Shown here piece by piece: positions 20,601 through 29,500 of a stretch of 64,000 nucleotides of DNA (position 1 is its first letter; every line of letters begins with the position of its first letter). Source of the DNA: a virus. Both the position numbers and the translations under genes were made by a program. The stretch is from positions 10,467 to 74,466 of IMG/VR virus record IMGVR_UViG_3300021963_000094, one strand, 5' to 3'. The notes beneath the pieces were generated by a model that made no database searches, was not told where the DNA came from, and saw nothing but the letters and a program-made list of their open reading frames with translations.

Positions 20601-22587
20601 TGTAGACAGAACTAGCTGGAGATTGCCTGAATGGATTAAATACGATTTCGATGATATCATAGAATCTCATCCAGGAATTGATAAGAATGATTTATTCTTG
20701 GATGCTCCTTTGAGAGATATTATTTCCGGAAAAGCTAAAACAGAAACCTACTGGAGAAATTCAAATGTGATAAGAAGTGCAGCTAGAGATACCGGAAATC
20801 TAATTGATAGCTTTGAATGGGTTATTAAAATAGGGGATTCTTCTGATGATAGAGGAACCAAGATTTTCATAGACAGCGAAGGATATGTTTATGCAACCGG
20901 GTATTTTAACGGCAATGCATACTTCGGTGCTAAGAACAATTTACCAAGTGGTGCTAACACGACACTTCCTTCTCCAAACACCCAGTCAATATTTGTTGTT
21001 AAGTACAATCAGTTTGGTGTAGTTCAATGGGCAAGAAAATACGGTGGAACGGATTCATTAGGGACATCTTCAGATACTACTAACGATTATTCATATACCC
21101 CAACAGGTATAAAAGTTGATAACTTAGGAAATGTAATAGTTATTGGATACAAATCAAAGGTTAGGAATAATACCACAAACGAAAAACCTACAAACATATT
21201 TTTAAAGTGGGATTTTAATGCGCATCTTTCAACCTCTACGAATTTGTTTGCACCATCCAGCGCTACTGCAGATGACACTATTAGAGATCTTGCAATTGAT
21301 AAAGTTGGTAACACCTATATTACTGGTGTTTATAAAGGAACATTAACAGCAGGAACCAATTCAATAACTTCCTCCGGTAATAACTACGAGGTGTTTGTTG
21401 CAAGAGTAGAAAATGACGGATACATTAAATGGCTTTATAAAGCTGGAACCGGTGGAAATGAAACCAACCCTTCAATTCAGATAGGGAATGCATTTGAAGA
21501 TCTTTATCTAGCGTTCAATACCAATGATGGCGTATCTCAAAAAATAGTTTTAAATAGACATTCTAGCTATGACTTCCATCTTGATTGGGAAAAACAAATA
21601 GAAAATATCAATCACGGCGGAACCCCTGTATCTCCTAGAATTAAAATTTCAGGAAACGGAGAAATAGCAATGGGAGCAACGTTTGCAGGTACAATCTCAG
21701 TTGATGGAATTGGCATCACCTCAAATGGAATTTCTGATATAGCTATTATCAAGTTTAATGGATACAGAACCTTATGGGCTAAGAACGTAGGATCATCTGC
21801 CGCTGATTACTGTCAAGATGTTGATATAGATTCAGAGGGAAGTATATTTGTACTAGGATCTTATGGAGCTAAATTGATAGCATCCCCAGAAATATCTTCT
21901 CCGACTTATTATCCTTCGCCTCAAGGAGATCTTGACCTAATCATGTTTAAATATTCAGGAATTGGAACACTTCTTGATGTCGTTGATGCCGGAGGTATAG
22001 CTAAGGATGAAGGTATATCTCTTTCGATAGACAGCAGTGATAACATTTACTTAACTGGATATATTTCCGGGCAAGCTCAATTCTCTAACTGGATCACCTC
22101 CCCTAGTGGTGGTGAAGATGCCTTTGTTGGAAAAATCTCAAATTTAAGATACCAGAAAGGTAATAAGAACGGAAACGCGTTTTCGTGGTTTGGATCCGGA
22201 GCTTGGCAAACTGGCGAAGCCAAAATATTCAAAGAGGAATTTGAAATCCCTATCGGAACAACCGTAGTGTTTAACCCGATAGATTCATTGATCCCTGGTA
22301 AGAAAAATCACATTTGGAAATTAATCTATGATGGGGATGGAGCTGAGATAATCAACGTAAAGGATGCACAATCTTTTATCTGGACCTTTAATCAGCCAGG
22401 ATTCTATACCCTGTATTCATCCATAGAGGATAGCAACGGAAATATATCGGTGCATGATAAGAATGGATACATCAGAGTGATCGATCACAAAAATGCTCCT
22501 CCAGGCGAATCTGTAACATCAGTAACCAGTGACACCTTCAGAAGAAGGTCAATCTACGAGTTAAAATCTAAGCCTCAGCTGATTTAA
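14611..22587 (+). CDS. Giant multidomain baseplate/adhesion protein (gp7-like position; PKD-like, carbohydrate-binding-like and beta-propeller domains)
   Basis: 2658 aa. Contains the wedge-like motif YLGSYKGLINAIRFFG, a CBM-like WNVNKIYDQGSVVSYLGNSYVS, propeller repeats (LWIATNDG, KWIGTSNG), SBBP-like repeats (DSEGYVYATGYF, DKVGNTYITG, DSSDNIYLTG) and a C-terminal PKD-like FNQPGFYTL. Confidence 0.7.
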   Translation: MSYKNLLFFNKSGHQTNLIWNGDFWEARLLLPRVSVDLFEIEHFFIVEKFLDTNGNIVYGYPHITPDINSLTSASGIYGNFKSGSTVVNTDIKPLADYVGAKIFTEQFPNGNEVVSVDTTLNRITLKDPATATEGGIPLFFNLWKSSFETSRNVLDFDSFDSFKGNIIKGADYITTSSDISKIKLSGDYLSILGNGVPKNARITSIVGDKIYLNKICNVDLSNSTIFVYPVEEKNDVSNYIFQYELLEDQTLDAPVLNKLQDSYIKIGYDGNESFQNDIRTSNDIDSASVTINIALSSDEEGIFGRTLVIEDYSLGYPKIIARIEIHGETIGEDERYKTLLSNFGRKLNSEDAYILRPSDPKEPYTDYEIVNAKRKELLLEGHEIFSYLGSYKGLINAIRFFGYQDLRVKEYWLNVKKSDTATSALKENSDFMDKIKGKPYSQSTLIGNLLDDENSGKYKQVEIYGKKKDGTYGLKSPIEQLFPSSSYKKTALFGLFYDINVVVDDEYDEFGYPITENADVFSPDEVLIKLFGLKEKLKKDYLPLNARIIDITGEGVYFGIYKNRTWIDNLKIDELQQGIDIDLAFTPEYGYIEDLRPFYLRPNKYIPFVPFVGENLATYKYTTYGNQVEPKATNPKLNGRESKRLADAIKLFYERRNSGEPKYRLGDGDSKNNGYLKLFDGQRYEVPAGFPTVLEVTTFNITWDEVGNTWGSLENNIATYSTSLSSWDDTGYTGNGLIDSSFDFSFDTATGFGTLFDITLPTGLDFLRPEAGSVQLKFTSNDDDSFQLLCEVQNGSIPGTYYDSATGETSLKLLWSKGDGIIDNWKIELVNSFQSTLPLEYYDYSFNPGGFYSWDNLRFAGFYEIEWTVIKRGETPFYYEFRGAISDYYKLPIILPYDGIYTVKCRVWDGFNDICSVNYENCIEVKKRDIELTNIARFRETEVYTWDNTKQNWDDYVSMWLFPVEKGKDPGIISNQILNPAEYGNQFGEGQECKVLKTYEETIGSGICEFGLQTVQVAGITSDYPGGGKGPAIITIDPAYLPHEFAVGDDVLLLDNFNQQIQTSSTDTFTLGEGGTLTVGTGLEFIVGKKVRISHNYGKYQISEIISYDPLTGILVFDDPSKVSGRGTKTFTAVSGFNFFIFPYRVGYVEVLINNVVTSPSNYSATDGVVVFLNSGYTAGDSVKIREIIGPYAQWEVSSQNYSGNYKISSVTSDGFYIPLIMDGNVDPADFSLIEKGSITINYEGKRFARVDFNGRLDTTLGNLMSKLNNSKKDPAFAIDTIFNDSEIVNALVQEWKEVEFKAPIGSGNLFNGKKLDITTTGGLYLYDGQNPVKSLSVEISGGVNPYSEYIDYSFDGNLPVENIRYYGTKKLDWDAFDILQWDNLYAQTWQFYDYHNDWLGGFSLYNLQAGDKIRIGANTKGIVLGNDTNDSSPDYLDLREACRQLNASKDKGVSKFSYEVRGFSKLPSKFDIDGDTVNSPLTCLAIPYNEETESYDLQENPSVTDGPTSIVQDKHGDIIMGGEYDVKLFRSPEKIDVFNISTRFPGSKPRKVMTDEYNNWWCYGDYADIPLLVFDRENPENTKIFTSRIIEGFARPDLNFVVPIPDDQFQVISLAIDDLTGNFVMYVKYFQSYTSSLPDSVFRLIEYDAGSQEFNTISTVGPVWNVNKIYDQGSVVSYLGNSYVSLLGSNNQRNPTAYPNYWEKIYQPNPGVVDLTLYYIRQMKYNYVGKKSELWIATNDGIKIYDGIKIKTVNTDNSGLHSKDIYSITFDETGGKWIGTSNGIAYYDNGRWGCWTPSSNPELPIGRSRNIVNLGNGRIFFMLQYGSGLYKLIYFNGINFIIYDNNPGTSEGFSPGSGADNDYEDLYLVLNKTKFIDGGFTRYVSDLFYLGDSLRGGDPYVDPSYWDITYVGYFSEGRNVFLKKINYLVPYVHASAKSPGMLGWEFIYHLSYRPFADPIYVKNKGLGDVEINFNLIVGPLYTSSINIGKDPQLPYVDRTSWRLPEWIKYDFDDIIESHPGIDKNDLFLDAPLRDIISGKAKTETYWRNSNVIRSAARDTGNLIDSFEWVIKIGDSSDDRGTKIFIDSEGYVYATGYFNGNAYFGAKNNLPSGANTTLPSPNTQSIFVVKYNQFGVVQWARKYGGTDSLGTSSDTTNDYSYTPTGIKVDNLGNVIVIGYKSKVRNNTTNEKPTNIFLKWDFNAHLSTSTNLFAPSSATADDTIRDLAIDKVGNTYITGVYKGTLTAGTNSITSSGNNYEVFVARVENDGYIKWLYKAGTGGNETNPSIQIGNAFEDLYLAFNTNDGVSQKIVLNRHSSYDFHLDWEKQIENINHGGTPVSPRIKISGNGEIAMGATFAGTISVDGIGITSNGISDIAIIKFNGYRTLWAKNVGSSAADYCQDVDIDSEGSIFVLGSYGAKLIASPEISSPTYYPSPQGDLDLIMFKYSGIGTLLDVVDAGGIAKDEGISLSIDSSDNIYLTGYISGQAQFSNWITSPSGGEDAFVGKISNLRYQKGNKNGNAFSWFGSGAWQTGEAKIFKEEFEIPIGTTVVFNPIDSLIPGKKNHIWKLIYDGDGAEIINVKDAQSFIWTFNQPGFYTLYSSIEDSNGNISVHDKNGYIRVIDHKNAPPGESVTSVTSDTFRRRSIYELKSKPQLI

Positions 22588-23268
22588 TTATCTGTCGTTG
22601 TATTCTGTGTAAACTCCAAGAATTTCTGGAACAATAGGATGTCTGTGATTTTTCTTAAGTGAAATAACCTGAACCCCTGGTACTCTTGCAGCAACGGTAT
22701 TAAGAAAATCCAATCCTGAATCCTTCTTAACCTTAAGATCTATCTGAGAAATATCTCCGCAGATCATAATTTTTGATGCTACACCAAGTCTTCCTAAAAC
22801 CATTTCCATTTGATTATTAGTTACGTTTTGTGCTTCGTCAACTATAACACAAGAGTTTAAAAAAGTTCTACCCCTCATAAAAGGGAAAGGAAGAATTTCA
22901 ATAACATTATTTTCTACTAATTTGTCTATTTTTTCTTTGTCATAAAGCATATAAAGATTTGAATAGATTGGTGCTAACCAAGGATCCATTTTTTCTTTTA
23001 AATCACCTGGCAAAAATCCAATATCTTCTTTTGCTACTGTTGGCCTTGTAATGATAATTTTTTCAGCTTCTCTGTTAAAAAGAAGGTCTAAAGCAATCTG
23101 ACATGCCAAAAGGGTCTTTCCAGATCCCGCCATTCCTCTAATAACTGTGACTGGATTCTCCAGAATTAACGACTTTGCTTCTTTTTGCTCTTCGTTTAAT
23201 TGTAACTTGAACTTAATAGGTCCCTTAACCTTCCCTTTAGAGGGCTGTTCTTTAACTTCTCTTTCCAT
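22588..23268 (-). CDS. phoH: PhoH-family ATPase
   Basis: Motifs GMAGSGKT, ITRP, IGFLPGDLKEKMDPW, FMRGRTF, DEAQN, GDISQIDL and RHPIV. The likely start is the ATG at 23268 (MEREVKE). Confidence 0.95.
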   Translation of the reverse strand: MEREVKEQPSKGKVKGPIKFKLQLNEEQKEAKSLILENPVTVIRGMAGSGKTLLACQIALDLLFNREAEKIIITRPTVAKEDIGFLPGDLKEKMDPWLAPIYSNLYMLYDKEKIDKLVENNVIEILPFPFMRGRTFLNSCVIVDEAQNVTNNQMEMVLGRLGVASKIMICGDISQIDLKVKKDSGLDFLNTVAARVPGVQVISLKKNHRHPIVPEILGVYTEYNDR

Positions 23269-23290
23269 AAGTGTTTTGGTTTTTTTGACA

Positions 23291-23318
23291 GAAACTAATG
23301 TATGTTTTAGTGTATGAT
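23291..23318 (+). promoter_or_regulatory. Putative GAAAC-N17-TATGAT promoter
   Basis: Same bipartite motif and 17-nt spacer as at 44661, 56736 and 59228. Confidence 0.45.
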
Positions 23319-23357
23319 CTATGCATGAAGGATTTATTTCTTCGTTCAAGCTTATTT

Positions 23358-23370
23358 GATATATATATTC
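23358..23370. promoter_or_regulatory. Putative bidirectional late promoter motif (GATATATATATTC)
   Basis: Reads GATATATA on + and GAATATATA on -, between divergent phoH and the 23388 gene. Confidence 0.55.
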
Positions 23371-23387
23371 AGAATAAAAAATAGCAA

Positions 23388-24353
23388 ATGATTACTATAC
23401 AGGAGATCCTAGGGACAGATTCGATTGCAGCTTCGAGACTGACCATTAATTCAAATTTTCTACTAGTTGAGAATGAAATCAACGATTTAGAGAACGTTTT
23501 TAATCTTAACGTGGTTACAGGGGCGATGGACATCTCCCAGGCAACTAGCGGACAGTTAAAAGCCAAAACAATTTATTCCAATCAGGCAGCCTTTCCAGCT
23601 TCCGGAACACCTACCGTGAACATCTACGGAACAGGCGCAAGTGCAGGTAATGCTTCCTTCTCTGGAATAGTTTCTGCAAACCAAATGACCCTGTCTGCAA
23701 CAGGAACATTTAACCAAATAAATGCATCTGGTCCTGCTGTTTTTGGATCTACAGCTAGATATGACGGAGCAGTGACATTTAATTCTTCAGTTACCAACGG
23801 GCCAACTGGATCTTATATCGAGAAAAACGCAACAGGTGCATCCGGATCAACCAATGCCTTTATATCCCCACTTAGCGGTGGCGGAGGGGGTATTACTGGT
23901 ACATTTAGTAATCCGTATGCTTTATCACTAAATGAGAGCGTGGTTTATGTTGATGCTGGATATGTTAGCACTGCTACAGGAGATTCTGGGTTTAATACTG
24001 GATTTTTCTTCTATGTTGCTACAGGAACAGCTCCTTCGGGAACTCCTCCTGCTATCCCACAGGGTTTTAGATTAACTTTGATTAATACTAACGGATCTAA
24101 TGGAAGAATAGCTACTGGAATAACAGGTCCTACTGGAGGCACATATTACACTGGATTTAACACTCTAGCAAACGGTGGTGCATGGGCTTCTAAAGCAATT
24201 TCGGTTCCATCATCACTTCCTTACAAAACGTCTGTTACCTTACAATGGGAAAACAGAGTAGGAAAAGGTGGTACAACACAAAACGGATCTTGGGTGGTTA
24301 TATCATCCTCTGGATACACAGGAAGCGATTTTAACGCAGGAACTGGAGCATAA
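23388..24353 (+). CDS. Putative short fibre/virion structural protein (Gly/Ser/Thr-rich)
   Basis: N-terminal IQEILGTDSIAASRLTINSNF resembles fibre attachment motifs; the body is beta-rich and G/T/S-rich. Confidence 0.6.
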   Translation: MITIQEILGTDSIAASRLTINSNFLLVENEINDLENVFNLNVVTGAMDISQATSGQLKAKTIYSNQAAFPASGTPTVNIYGTGASAGNASFSGIVSANQMTLSATGTFNQINASGPAVFGSTARYDGAVTFNSSVTNGPTGSYIEKNATGASGSTNAFISPLSGGGGGITGTFSNPYALSLNESVVYVDAGYVSTATGDSGFNTGFFFYVATGTAPSGTPPAIPQGFRLTLINTNGSNGRIATGITGPTGGTYYTGFNTLANGGAWASKAISVPSSLPYKTSVTLQWENRVGKGGTTQNGSWVVISSSGYTGSDFNAGTGA

Positions 24354-24374
24354 TATTTAATAAAATAAAATCGA

Positions 24375-26558
24375 ATGGCTAAAACCCCATTTATTAGGCC
24401 CTTACAAGTACAAGGCGGAACTTTTTACACATTTAGTTCTGCTGCGGAGGATCTTGCGTTAACTTTTAACAACACTGTAAACAAATTTAGATTTTCAAAA
24501 TATGTTCTTTTGAATCTTCCTGAGTTTAGAGAACCTTTGTATGGCGAGAATACAATTTTATTCAACACCACGGACACTGCTTTTTTGGATGTTGCTGAAG
24601 AAGCATTTACTGTGGTCGATCCTAATAATTTAAGTCCAAACCTAGAAATAGCATTTCAAAACTATTGTTTGAATCTAGAAGCATCTTTAGTTTCCAGCGA
24701 GAATTACAATCCAACATTAAAAAGAAACGTTTCTGAAAGAGTTTTTTGGAAATGGCTAAAAGAAATGGGCGGGATTAGATTTAGACCTGCTAATTCAAAT
24801 GAGGTTGTACCAACACTAGATCAAAACTATACTGGTCTTTCCGGGGGATTTCCATATTCAGATAAGAGATGGACAGAGGAAGATGATCTTTCAACAGGTA
24901 ACGGAAGTGGAACACCTAGATATTCTAGAGTAGTAAAATACATTGGTGAATGTGATATTATCAACTCTGTACAGCACAAAAATAATTCTTACTCTGAGGT
25001 ATACATTCACGTTCCAACAAGCGATGGACATACTCCATTAGTTATGTTTAAAACAAAAGCTGATGAAAATTATTATCCGGGACAAATATTAACACATACA
25101 CCTAATGATCCATTAGATACCGAATACCTTCAGGGAAGAAGTTATAGTGATGGATTATTCGGCCCTAATGGATTTCCAACACTTGCGATTTTTGATCAGG
25201 ACGTTATAGGACAGCCTGGTATCACAGGAACAGACGCAGCGGGAAATCAATTTGTGAATCAATGGTATTATCCTAGAAACGTAGCTAATTCTTATTATAC
25301 CGATTCTTCTTTCTTTAGTTCTGATACCGATACTATTACTAAGTATTTAAAAAATGGAACTTATGAGGTTTCTTATAAAAGAAATAAACTTGACGGGATT
25401 CAATTAGATTTTAACCCCGACAATTATAAGCCTATATTAGACAATCCTTCTATTAGCACGATGGATGAGTTTAACGGAACTATAGATTCAGCTTCTTTTG
25501 AGTTTAACACTGTTCTTCTTTATTATGATGTATATGATCCTAATAACCCAGAAGATGCAGAGACTAACCTGTATGGTATTTTATTCCTTGAAGACATTGA
25601 GCCAATTTCAAACTCTGCTGGAAGAATACCTACATTCAAGAAATACAAGCCAGATCCGATTACTAAACTTAACGGTAACTCGTATGGATTAAAGGTTAAT
25701 CTTAAGTTTGATACTGACGTAGATAGCACCGGTGTTGAATTAGCGGTCAATGATTATTCATCATTCTCTCTTTCGATGTTTATGGATGCTGCTAACGTTC
25801 TTCAGGAAGCTTCTAGAACACTTAACGATCAATCTCTTGAAATGATCGACGTAGCTAAAAGAGTAACAGTTTTGGAGGATCTAGTTGTGACTATGGACGA
25901 TAATACTTCCATTGGCGCAAGGCTAACTGCTTTAGAAAATGCAATGGTTGCTAATCAAGCACTATTTAGAAACACACAAGATATTTTAGGTCTGATAGAA
26001 AGAAACTACTCTTTAACGAATGATCTTTTAAATGGTAGGACTAACATTAAACTTTCGTATGATCTTGATTTAATTAAGAGCGGAGATGGTATTAATGTTG
26101 ACAGATCTGTACAGAACAGATTAATACTTAATAACACAGTACAGCACTATAATATTTCAGAGGATGTAAATTACAACTTTACTATCAATGAAACTAGTGG
26201 TAACACGTTAGTTTTAAATCCTTTTAACAATTATTATAAACACAGCAATTTTGGATTGACTATCACATTAACTAATGACGTAATCATTAGAATAGATGAT
26301 ACTAACAGCCAATGGAAAAAAGGACAGACAATCAGATTAGTTTTTGATGACAAAATAGTTCTTGCTGGTAATAATATTCTTATCTACACAGATACAAAAG
26401 GAGTATACCCGTTGAGCTCACCATCAGGAGTTGCATATAGCAAATTAGTTGGGGGTTTCACACAAAGCATATTTGATTCTGCAGGCAACAAACCTATCTT
26501 TGATATTGTTTGTGTTGACGAAAAGAATTTAGCTTTCGAAATAGATCAAATAAGATAA
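24375..26558 (+). CDS. Hypothetical virion structural protein
   Basis: 727-aa ORF in the structural operon, with a coiled-coil segment (KRVTVLEDLV...ARLTALEN). Confidence 0.55.
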   Translation: MAKTPFIRPLQVQGGTFYTFSSAAEDLALTFNNTVNKFRFSKYVLLNLPEFREPLYGENTILFNTTDTAFLDVAEEAFTVVDPNNLSPNLEIAFQNYCLNLEASLVSSENYNPTLKRNVSERVFWKWLKEMGGIRFRPANSNEVVPTLDQNYTGLSGGFPYSDKRWTEEDDLSTGNGSGTPRYSRVVKYIGECDIINSVQHKNNSYSEVYIHVPTSDGHTPLVMFKTKADENYYPGQILTHTPNDPLDTEYLQGRSYSDGLFGPNGFPTLAIFDQDVIGQPGITGTDAAGNQFVNQWYYPRNVANSYYTDSSFFSSDTDTITKYLKNGTYEVSYKRNKLDGIQLDFNPDNYKPILDNPSISTMDEFNGTIDSASFEFNTVLLYYDVYDPNNPEDAETNLYGILFLEDIEPISNSAGRIPTFKKYKPDPITKLNGNSYGLKVNLKFDTDVDSTGVELAVNDYSSFSLSMFMDAANVLQEASRTLNDQSLEMIDVAKRVTVLEDLVVTMDDNTSIGARLTALENAMVANQALFRNTQDILGLIERNYSLTNDLLNGRTNIKLSYDLDLIKSGDGINVDRSVQNRLILNNTVQHYNISEDVNYNFTINETSGNTLVLNPFNNYYKHSNFGLTITLTNDVIIRIDDTNSQWKKGQTIRLVFDDKIVLAGNNILIYTDTKGVYPLSSPSGVAYSKLVGGFTQSIFDSAGNKPIFDIVCVDEKNLAFEIDQIR

Positions 26559-26559
26559 A

Positions 26560-29500
26560 ATGGCAGGTACCAAAAATTCAATAAGTTCTCTATTAGCTCA
26601 GTTTTTGAGACTTCAGAAAAATTCTCTGGAGATCATTAACAAGTTAAGTAATGCTACTACATCCAAGCAAGACACTGTCAATGTGGAATTTCTTGATGAT
26701 AATAACGTTACTAGTATCATTCCGATACCTTCTTGGGGATACATTATAAATGAGATTAAAAGATTAGACTCTAACATTAAAACCCTAAGTGGTTTAGATG
26801 ATGGAAATGCCAATGTTAGAAATGCTGACGGAACAGTTTCTAGAATTTATCAGACCAAACCTTTACTAGATCCAGTTGCTCCAAGCAATCTTCAAGTTCC
26901 TTCCAATTTTAAATTTAGAAGTAATCACTTTTTTGAAAGTTTTTTAAACCCTCTTTTGTTTGTTTCCTTTAGTTTAGACGGACAAGTAGATCCAGGAACT
27001 AAAAGAGTTTTTGTTAAAAGAATTATTGCTAATACCATATCAGATTCACAGAGAAATTATTTCGATACCAATTTAAAGGGCAGAAATGATATTTCTGATT
27101 CAGATTTTATGAATTCCCTTTATGGCCAGGGTATCACATATACAGTTGATGAAAATCCAGAGGATCTTCCTTTACAAGTTATAAGATACAGCGGAACATT
27201 CTCTGTCCTTAGAGTTTTTGATACAACAATTCCAGTAACTGTCGGGGGACAAATAATTAACCAGACTGTTAGAAAATACAAACTTGACTTAATCACATAC
27301 AAGGATCTAATATCTAGCTCTTTGAATGCAGATCGTCAGCTTAAAACTGGCGACGTTTTAATGACTAGTGGTGGAAGCAAATTTGAAATAACAAATGTAG
27401 ATCTTTCTGAATCCACTGTGGTTCTGAAAAGACTTAATGGATATGAACCAGTTCCTATAGGAACTAATGCTCTTGTATTAGCTTCTGAAATACTTTCACC
27501 TTTGCAAGTGAATGTTAACATTGGACACGACGAAAGACAAGCGGTTTTTATCAAATCAATTAACGATGAAAAACACGTTACTGGTTCAGCATATAGCAGA
27601 GGTGTAGTTTTCCATTCTAATGAAATGCTGATCAACACATCGGAGGGAACAATGACCCTTGATGAATTTTACAAGAATCAAGTAGCAGATTTTGGAGCAC
27701 AATTCCTAGCTAACACTAAGGAAAAAGCAATACCTTCTGTTTATGGATTGACCCCAAACTCTCCAACGGTTGATTCTGCTAATTTTAAGGTTGTTCAAAT
27801 CAACAAACAAATAACGCAAACCAATACGTCTGATAAATTCTCAAACACTGTACAAACAAAGGTTAAATTACAGAATGAGATAGATGCTCTTAATAAATCT
27901 ATAGATCAAGCTAGAAGCGAGGTTGCACAATTAGTTACAACATCAGTGACTTCTGCAAACACATCCAGCAGAGAAAGCTTAATAACTAAGATAGACAGTT
28001 TAACTAGAGAGAAGTCCACTAAGACTGCTTTGTTGCAAACTGTTATTCAAGACCTAAATAATATCACATCTACGTCTCCTGAAATTTCGGAAACACCGAA
28101 ATATAGAGTTAGAGGATTCTGGCCTATTCCTGCTCCTATCACAGACGGGAAAACAGGAAACCAAGATGTTATTCAATTTAGAGTTAGATATAGATATTTA
28201 ACAAAACAAGGAAATGCAACAGCTTCCGACGAGATTAAATTTAAGGATAACGACGGAACTGAAAGAAGAGCAACCTATAGTAACTGGGTAGAGTTTAAAA
28301 CTGATATCAGAAAGAAGGGGTACAACACAACAACTAAAAAATACTACTGGTTAGATGAAGATGTTCAGAATGCTGATGTCCCAAACATTAACCAATTAGA
28401 TATTCCTATAACAGCAGGTGAGAAAGTTGAAATTAAAGTTGCTTCGGTCTCTGAAGCTGGATGGCCAACCAATCCGCTAGAATCAGATTTTTCGTCTCCA
28501 ATCACTATTGGATTTCCTGAAGAATTAACCACTGCAAGCGGAAACGAGCAGTACGTGAAGCAAAATTCTAATGATCAGATTTTGGTTTCTTTGCAGCAGG
28601 ATTTATCCGCTAGGGGTTTAGATTCACATTTATCTACTGCTTTTAATAGTGGTGACAAATATTATGCACACGTTGCAGATACTATATCGTCGGGATTCTT
28701 TGACGGAACAACCGGTAAATCTCTAGACCTTTATCAGAAGCTACTTTCAATGGACCAAGAGATAGCATCTCTTAAAGCTCTTATTGCTGTTGCTAAAGGT
28801 GTGCTCTCTGTTTATGTTACATATGGAGCAGGAGCGAATGCCACATCAATATCTGTTAAGAGAGGATCTTTAGTAGAATTATTTGCTGGATATTACAGTG
28901 AATTGTTAGATCTTACAACAGATAACACTAAATGGGGAAAAATCATTTCAACATTATACACAATAGAATTAAGAAATGAAACAGCTTCTCCTTTAGAATT
29001 ATCATCAACCATACCAGGAGGGCAGAATATTATAGCTCTATCTAGCGGTGCCACAGGAGACGGAAGTGCAGACTATAAGAACTTTAGAAAATACGATCTA
29101 ACGCCTATCTCTTTAACCGGAGTTAAATCGTCTGATATAACAGTTGGACTAAGAGACGTTTCTTCTTTTGTTCATGCTGCTCCTTTTCAATCGGCTAATT
29201 CAAATTCACAGTTTGTTTACACCAGATATAAATCAGTTGGATATGACGAAGATTTATTCTTCCAACCTATAACATCTACATCATGGAATGAAAATACAGG
29301 AGTTGCTGGACAGCCAGTAGATTATGGCACTTTAATTCCATTTAATCCAACTGGGACAAACACCCCAGGATCTACAAACGCAAGCGTTTGGTCTGGTACA
29401 TATTCAGCAGGAGCTCCGGTAGGAAGTGGAAGATTAAATGAATTTTGCGTTCATATAAGTCACCCTACTGTGGTTTACGAAGCAACTCAGGGTACACCTA

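Noticed and set aside
23269-23349. Longer 253-aa PhoH start from the ORF track
   Set aside because: The extra 27 codons start at a non-ATG codon and cover the promoter-containing spacer. The ATG at 23268 fits the usual PhoH size better.
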